A stretch of 64,000 nt of DNA. Source: Narcine bancroftii. Its lineage: Eukaryota. Shown piece after piece: positions 58,260 through 64,000 of this stretch; positions within the stretch are counted from its first letter, which is position 1; every line of letters starts with the position of its first letter. The stretch lies in assembly GCF_036971445.1 (NCBI RefSeq), contig NC_091472.1, positions 187,860,001 through 187,924,000 on the forward strand. Direction: 5' to 3'. The notes beneath the pieces were generated by a model. It worked only from the letters and a program-made list of their open reading frames with translations, was not told the DNA's origin and did not search any database. A program made the position numbers and the translations under genes.

Positions 58260-61200
58260 TCCCCCCATTCTCCCCCATCCGCCCATTCTCCCCCATCCGC
58301 CCATTCTCCCCCATCCCCCCATTCTCCCCCATCCCCCCATTCTCCCCCATCCCCCCATTCTCCCCCATCCCCCCATTCTTCCTCACCCCCCCCAGTCTTC
58401 CTCACCCCCCCAGTCTTCCTCACCCCCCAGTCTTCCTCACCCCCCAGTCTTCCTCACCCCCCAGTCTTCCTCACCCCCCAGTCTTCCTCACCCCCCCATT
58501 CTTCCTCACCCCCCCATTCTTCCTCACCCCCCATTCTTCCTCACCCCCCCATTCTTCCTCACCCCCCCATTCTTCCTCACCTCCCCATTCTTCCTCACCC
58601 CCCCATTCTTCCTCACCCCCCCATTCTTCCTCACCCCCATTCTTCCTCACCCCCCCATTCTTCCTCACCCCCCCATTCTTCCTCACCCCCCCATTCTTCC
58701 TCACCCCCCCATTCTTCCTCACCCCCCCATTCTTCCTCACCCCCCCATTCTTCCTCACCCCCCCATTCTTCCTCACCCCCCCATTCTTCCTCACCCCCCC
58801 ATTCTTCCTCACCCCCCCATTCTTCCTCACCCCCCCATTCTTCCTCACCCCCCCATTCTTCCTCACCCCCCATTCTTCCTCACCCCCCCATTCTTCCTCA
58901 CCCCCCCATTCTTCCTCACCCCCCCATTCTTCCTCACCCCCCCATTCTTCCTCACCCACCCCATTCTTCCTCACCCCCCCATTCTTCCTCACCCCCCATT
59001 CTTCCTCACCCCCCATTCTTCCTCACCCCCCATTCTTCCTCACCCCCCATTCTTCCTCACCCCCCATTCTTCCTCACCCCCCATTCTTCCTCACCCCCCG
59101 TTCTTCCTCACCCCCCGTTCTTCCTCACCCCCCGTTCTTCCTCACCCCCCGTTCTTCCTCACCCCCCGTTCTTCCTCACCCCCCGTTCTTCCTCACCCCC
59201 CGTTCTTCCTCACCCCCCGTTCTTCCTCACCCCCCGTTCTTCCTCACCCCCCGTTCTTCCTCACCCCCCGTTCTTCCTCACCCCCCGTTCTTCCTCACCC
59301 CCCGTTCTTCCTCACCCCCCGTTCTTCCTCACCCCCCCAGTCTTCCTCACCCCCCCAGTCTTCCTCACCCCCCCAGTCTTCCTCACCCCCCCAGTCTTCC
59401 TCACCCCCCCAGTCTTCCTCACCCCCCCAGCCTTCCTCACCCCCCCAGCCTTCCTCACCCCCCCAGCCTTCCTCACCCCCCCAGCCTTCCTCACCCCCCC
59501 AGCCTTCCTCACCCCCCCATTCTTCCTCACCCCCCCATTCTTCCTCACCCCCCCATTCTTCCTCACCCCCCCATTCTTCCTCACCCCCCCATTCTTCCTC
59601 ACCCCCCCAGTCTTCCTCACCCCCCCAGTCTTCCTCACCCCCCCAGTCTTCCTCACCCCCCCAGTCTTCCACACCCCCCCAGTCTTCCACACCCCCCCAG
59701 TCTTCCTCACCCCCCAGTCTTCCTCACCCCCCCAGTCTTCCTCACCCCCCCAGTCTTCCTCACCCCCCCAGTCTTCCTCACCCCCCCAGTCTTCCTCACC
59801 CCCCCAGTCTTCCTCACCCCCCCAGTCTTCCTCACCCCCCCAGTCTTCCTCACCCCCCCAGTCTTCCTCACCCCCCCAGTCTTCCTCACCCCCCCAGTCT
59901 TCCTCACCCCCCCAGTCTTCCTCACCCCCCCAGTCTTCCTCACCCCCCCAGTCTTCCTCACCCCCCCAGTCTTCCTCACCCCCCCAGTTTTCCTCACCCC
60001 CCCAGTCTTCCTCACCCTCCCAGTCTTCCTCACCCCCCCAGTCTTCCTCACCCCCCCAGTCTTCCTCACCCCCCCAGTCTTCCTCACCCCCCCAGTCTTC
60101 CTCACCCCCCCAGTCTTCCTCACCCCCCCAGTCTTCCTCACCCCCCCAGTCTTCCTCACCCCCCCAGTCTTCCTCACCCCCCCAGTCTTCCTCACCCCCC
60201 CAGTCTTCCTCACCCCCCCAGTCTTCCTCACCCCCCCAGTCTTCCTCACCCCCCCAGTCTTCCTCACCCCCCCAGTCTTCCTCACCCCCCCAGTCTTCCT
60301 CACCCCCCCAGTCTTCCTCACCCCCCCAGTCTTCCTCACCCCCCCAGTCTTCCTCACCCCCCCAGTCTTCCTCACCCCCCCAGTCTTCCTCACCCCCCCA
60401 GTCTTCCTCACCCCCCCAGTCTTCCTCACCCCCCCAGTCTTCCTCACCCCCCCAGTCTTCCTCACCCCCCCAGTCTTCCTCACCCCCCCAGTCTTCCTCA
60501 CCCCCCCAGTCTTCCTCACCCCCCAGTCTTCCTCACCCCCCAGTCTTCCTCACCCCCCAGTCTTCCTCACCCCCCAGTCTTCCTCACCCCCCCAGTCTTC
60601 CTCACCCCCCCCCCAGTCTTCCTCACCCCCCCAGTCTTCCTCACCCCCCCAGTCTTCCTCACCCCCCCAGTCTTCCTCACCCCCCCAGTCTTCCTCACCC
60701 CCCCAGTCTTCCTCACCCCCCCAGTCTTCCTCACCCCCCCAGTCTTCCTCACCCCCCCAGTCTTCCTCACCCCCCCAGTCTTCCTCACCCCCCCAGTCTT
60801 CCTCACCCCCCCAGTCTTCCTCACCCCCCCAGTCTTCCTCACCCCCCCAGTCTTCCTCACCCCCCCAGTCTTCCTCACCCCCCCAGTCTTCCTCACCCCC
60901 CCAGTCTTCCTCACCCCCCCAGTCTTCCTCACCCCCCCAGTCTTCCTCACCCCCCCAGTCTTCCTCACCCCCCCAGTCTTCCTCACCCCCCCAGTCTTCC
61001 TCACCCCCCCAGTCTTCCTCACCCCCCCAGTCTTCCTCACCCCCCCAGTCTTCCTCACCCCCCCAGTCTTCCTCACCCCCCCAGTCTTCCTCACCCCCCC
61101 AGTCTTCCTCACCCCCCCAGTCTTCCTCACCCCCCCAGTCTTCCTCACCCCCCCAGTCTTCCTCACCCCCCCAGTCTTCCTCCCCCCCCAGTCTTCCTCC

Positions 61201-61425
61201 CCCCCCAGTCTTCCTCCCCCCCCCCAGTCTTCCTCCCCCCCCCAGTCTTCCTCCCCCCCCAGTCTTCCTCCCCCCCCAGTCTTCCTCCCCCCCCCAGTCT
61301 TCCTCCCCCCCCCAGTCTTCCTCCCCCCCCAGTCTTCCTCCCCCCCCAGTCTTCCTCCCCCCCCCCAGTCTTCCCCCCCCCCCAGTCTTCCTCCCCCCCC
61401 CCCAGTCTTCCTCCCCATTCTTCCC
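58260..61425. repeat. C-rich minisatellite, 18-20-bp unit (CCCCCCCAGTCTTCCTCA and variants), ~3.15 kb
   Basis: Directly visible; explains the ~1000-aa low-complexity ORFs. Confidence 0.97.
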
Positions 61426-62443
61426 TTTGAGAATTTTTCAACAAAATGACATAAGGGCTGTGGAATTAAGGGATTATAGCTGCATGAAAACTGAATTGGC
61501 AAGAACTATGGATATGAGTGGATTGCTTTTTAGTTGAAAGATGCAATATATTAGTTGTTCCCCCAGGGGTCGAATTAGCAACTACTAATATTTTTAGATT
61601 TTTCCGAATGACCTAAATTCGTGTTTAGGGGATGATAGTGAAATGAATGGGCAATGCACTTTAGAGAGATTTAATGTCAAAAGAAACTATTCTGGCACAA
61701 TTTGAAAATTATGAGCGTAGATTTCAGTTCTCATTTATACAAATCCTTAAAAGGTTGCAGGAAAGTTGATTTTTAAAAAAAAAGCATTCGAGCTACTTGT
61801 GTTTATAAATAGAAGTGAAAGCGATCATGTTTAACATTGTAAGTCTCTGACTTCATATGAATTATTTTTCTGATTACCACATCAGACAAGATGCAAAAAA
61901 CATCAGAAAAAGAACAGAATCTAGAGTTCATTGCATTTTTGTAATTTTATGTTATGAGGGAAGTTGGGAAATTTCTTCTTGAAGCTTGGAGATTCAACTT
62001 CTTGTGCAGTGCACAAAAATGCTGGAGAAACTCAGCAGGTCCTGCAGCATCCATGGAAAGTAAAAGACATTTGAAATTTCAAGCCTGACTCCTTCTTCAG
62101 GTGTGCCAAAAATCAGACAGTCCCCTGAATTTAAAAAGGTATGGCCAAGGGGAAGAAAGAGGAAAAGTCGTTTTCATGATGTAGATTTTAAAAGGACGTC
62201 GGTCTGGTGAGGGGTTGATGAAAAATCTATTGGGAAAGAAGAGAAATTCAGGGGCTTTTGAATCTAAAAGATGTACCTGAAAAGTGTCATTTTCTTTTGC
62301 ACCAGGATTATTGTGAATATTTATATCTATCTTGCATATTTATTTTCTTCTTAATTCAATTAGTTTACTATTATAGTTTTTCCCTTTTAGTAGAACCTGT
62401 TCAGCTTCAGCAATAAGAATTTTAGTGCAAAATTATCATCATG

Positions 62444-63246
62444 CAAAGTGGTGGTAACTGATTCCAGCAACATGGACCATAGTTGGAGAGATACCTGAAG
62501 GGTTTAAGTTGTGCACCAAAGTGGTGGTAACTGATTCCAGCAACATGGACCATAGTTGGAGAGATACCTGAAGGGTTTAAGTTGTGCACCAAAGTGGTGG
62601 TAACTGATTCCAGCAACATGGACCATAGTTGGAGAGATACCTGAATGGTTTAAGTTGTGCACCAAAGTGGTGGTAACTGATTCCAGTAACATGGACCATA
62701 GTTGGAGAGATACCTGAAGGGTTTAAGTTGTGCACCAAAGTGGTGGTAACTGATTCCAGCAACATGGACCATAGTTGGAGAGATACCTGAAGGGTTTAAG
62801 TTGTGCACCAAAGTGGTGGTAACTAATTCCAGCAACATGGACCATAGTTGGAGAGATACCTGAAGGGTTTAAGTTGTGCACCAAAGTGGTGGTAACTGAT
62901 TCCAGTAACATGGACCATAGTTGGAGAGATACCTGAAGGGTTTAAGTTGTGCACCAAAGTGGTGGTAACTGATTCCAGCAACATGGACCATAGTTGGAGA
63001 GATACCTGAAGGGTTTAAGTTGTGCACCAAAGTGGTGGTAACTGATTCCAGCAACATGGACCATAGTTGGAGAGATACCTGAATGGTTTAAGTTGTGCAC
63101 CAAAGTGGTGGTAACTGATTCCAGTAACATGGACCATAGTTGGAGAGATACCTGAAGAGTTTAAGTTGTGCACCAAAGTGGTGGTAACTGATTCCAGCAA
63201 CATGGACCATAGTTGGAGAGATACCTGAAGGGTTTAAGTTGTGCAC
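62444..63246. repeat. 73-bp tandem repeat, 11 copies
   Basis: Unit caaagtggtggtaactgattccagcaacatggaccatagttggagagatacctgaagggtttaagttgtgcac; 803 = 11 x 73. Confidence 0.97.
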
Positions 63247-64000
63247 CAAAAGCAGAGAGGTGGGATGATGCACTGCTTCTCATATCTGTATGCCAACAGA
63301 ATGGAAATTGTCTTAGTCTAAGATTTGTAATACAGATAAAAACCGATTAAATCCTTGAGATTGGAAAGGGGATGAATTATGGACAGCAATTGAGGGATTA
63401 CTGTATACATCTGTGTAAATCTCAAAGTTGCTATGGATTTTGTATTGTTAAGGCAGTGGACAGCAGTAGTTTTGAAATTATTACAAAATTTGGGCCATAA
63501 CTATTTCTATAGTAAAATTTTATATATTATTTGCATACTGCAGCTTGGCTATTAAAATGGGTATGTTGTTGAATTTGGGGTTTTAGTTCCATAGGTTAAA
63601 AATCTTCCATCTTGTAAATTAGTTCCACTCACGGCAAGAATTTTGGAGGTAACATGCAGTGTTACAGAGATAAATATTAGGGCAATGACAGTCTTCACTG
63701 AGAAGAGGCCCATATTGGACATCAGCTAAATTTGAGGAAGGTGCTCCATGGTCCATCCCAGTCAATGAAAGGCCTTTGTGAGGTTGAAAGACATAGACCG
63801 TTTGGTACTGCTTTACATTTCTTATAGAATTGCCATGCAGTGAAGATCATGTCCACTATATATGTGTATGGTCAGTATCCACTTTGATGCAGAGGGCAGC
63901 TCTTTGACCATTGGGAAGATGTATTTGAAAAGACCATGACAGTGTTTCACTATTGCCTTCAGTGCATCAGTACAAAAACAGATCATGACCTCAAAAGGCG

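Noticed and set aside
58157-61537. Three >1000-aa extensin-like ORFs
   Set aside because: All three + frames are open only because the 19-bp unit lacks stops; indels shift frames freely
62444-63246. Possible CRISPR-like array or repeated 62-aa ORFs
   Set aside because: Contiguous near-identical units with no unique spacers, eukaryotic context; 73 is not a multiple of 3

Overview
Eukaryotic, repeat-rich vertebrate DNA. The Rex1, RTE, CR1, Penelope and L1/Tx1 repeat content suggests a cartilaginous fish (inference). Genes: (1) a complete 14-exon ZCCHC8 on + (4927-31833, 722 aa) with two U12-type introns; (2) an unrecognised 4-exon, 418-aa gene on - (4577-159), whose ATG lies only ~350 bp from the ZCCHC8 ATG; (3) a CpG-island promoter near 55.7-56.2 kb for a further gene. 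The most striking element is a very young 5.6-kb class III (ERV-L/ERV-S-like) endogenous retrovirus at 41258-46856. It has apparently identical 774-bp LTRs, a CATGC target-site duplication and a tRNA-Ser PBS. Its gag, RT, RNase H and env appear internally deleted, yet every frame stays open and the protease and integrase motifs are intact. A predicted splice gives a 139-aa mini-Env that borrows the Gag N-terminus. The provirus sits inside a 5'-inverted L1-like copy, itself inside an older L1. Also present: a 5'-inverted RTE, a 35-nt U2 retrocopy, a tRNA-Thr SINE, DNA transposon remnants and three large tandem arrays. All coordinates were read by eye and no searches were run.
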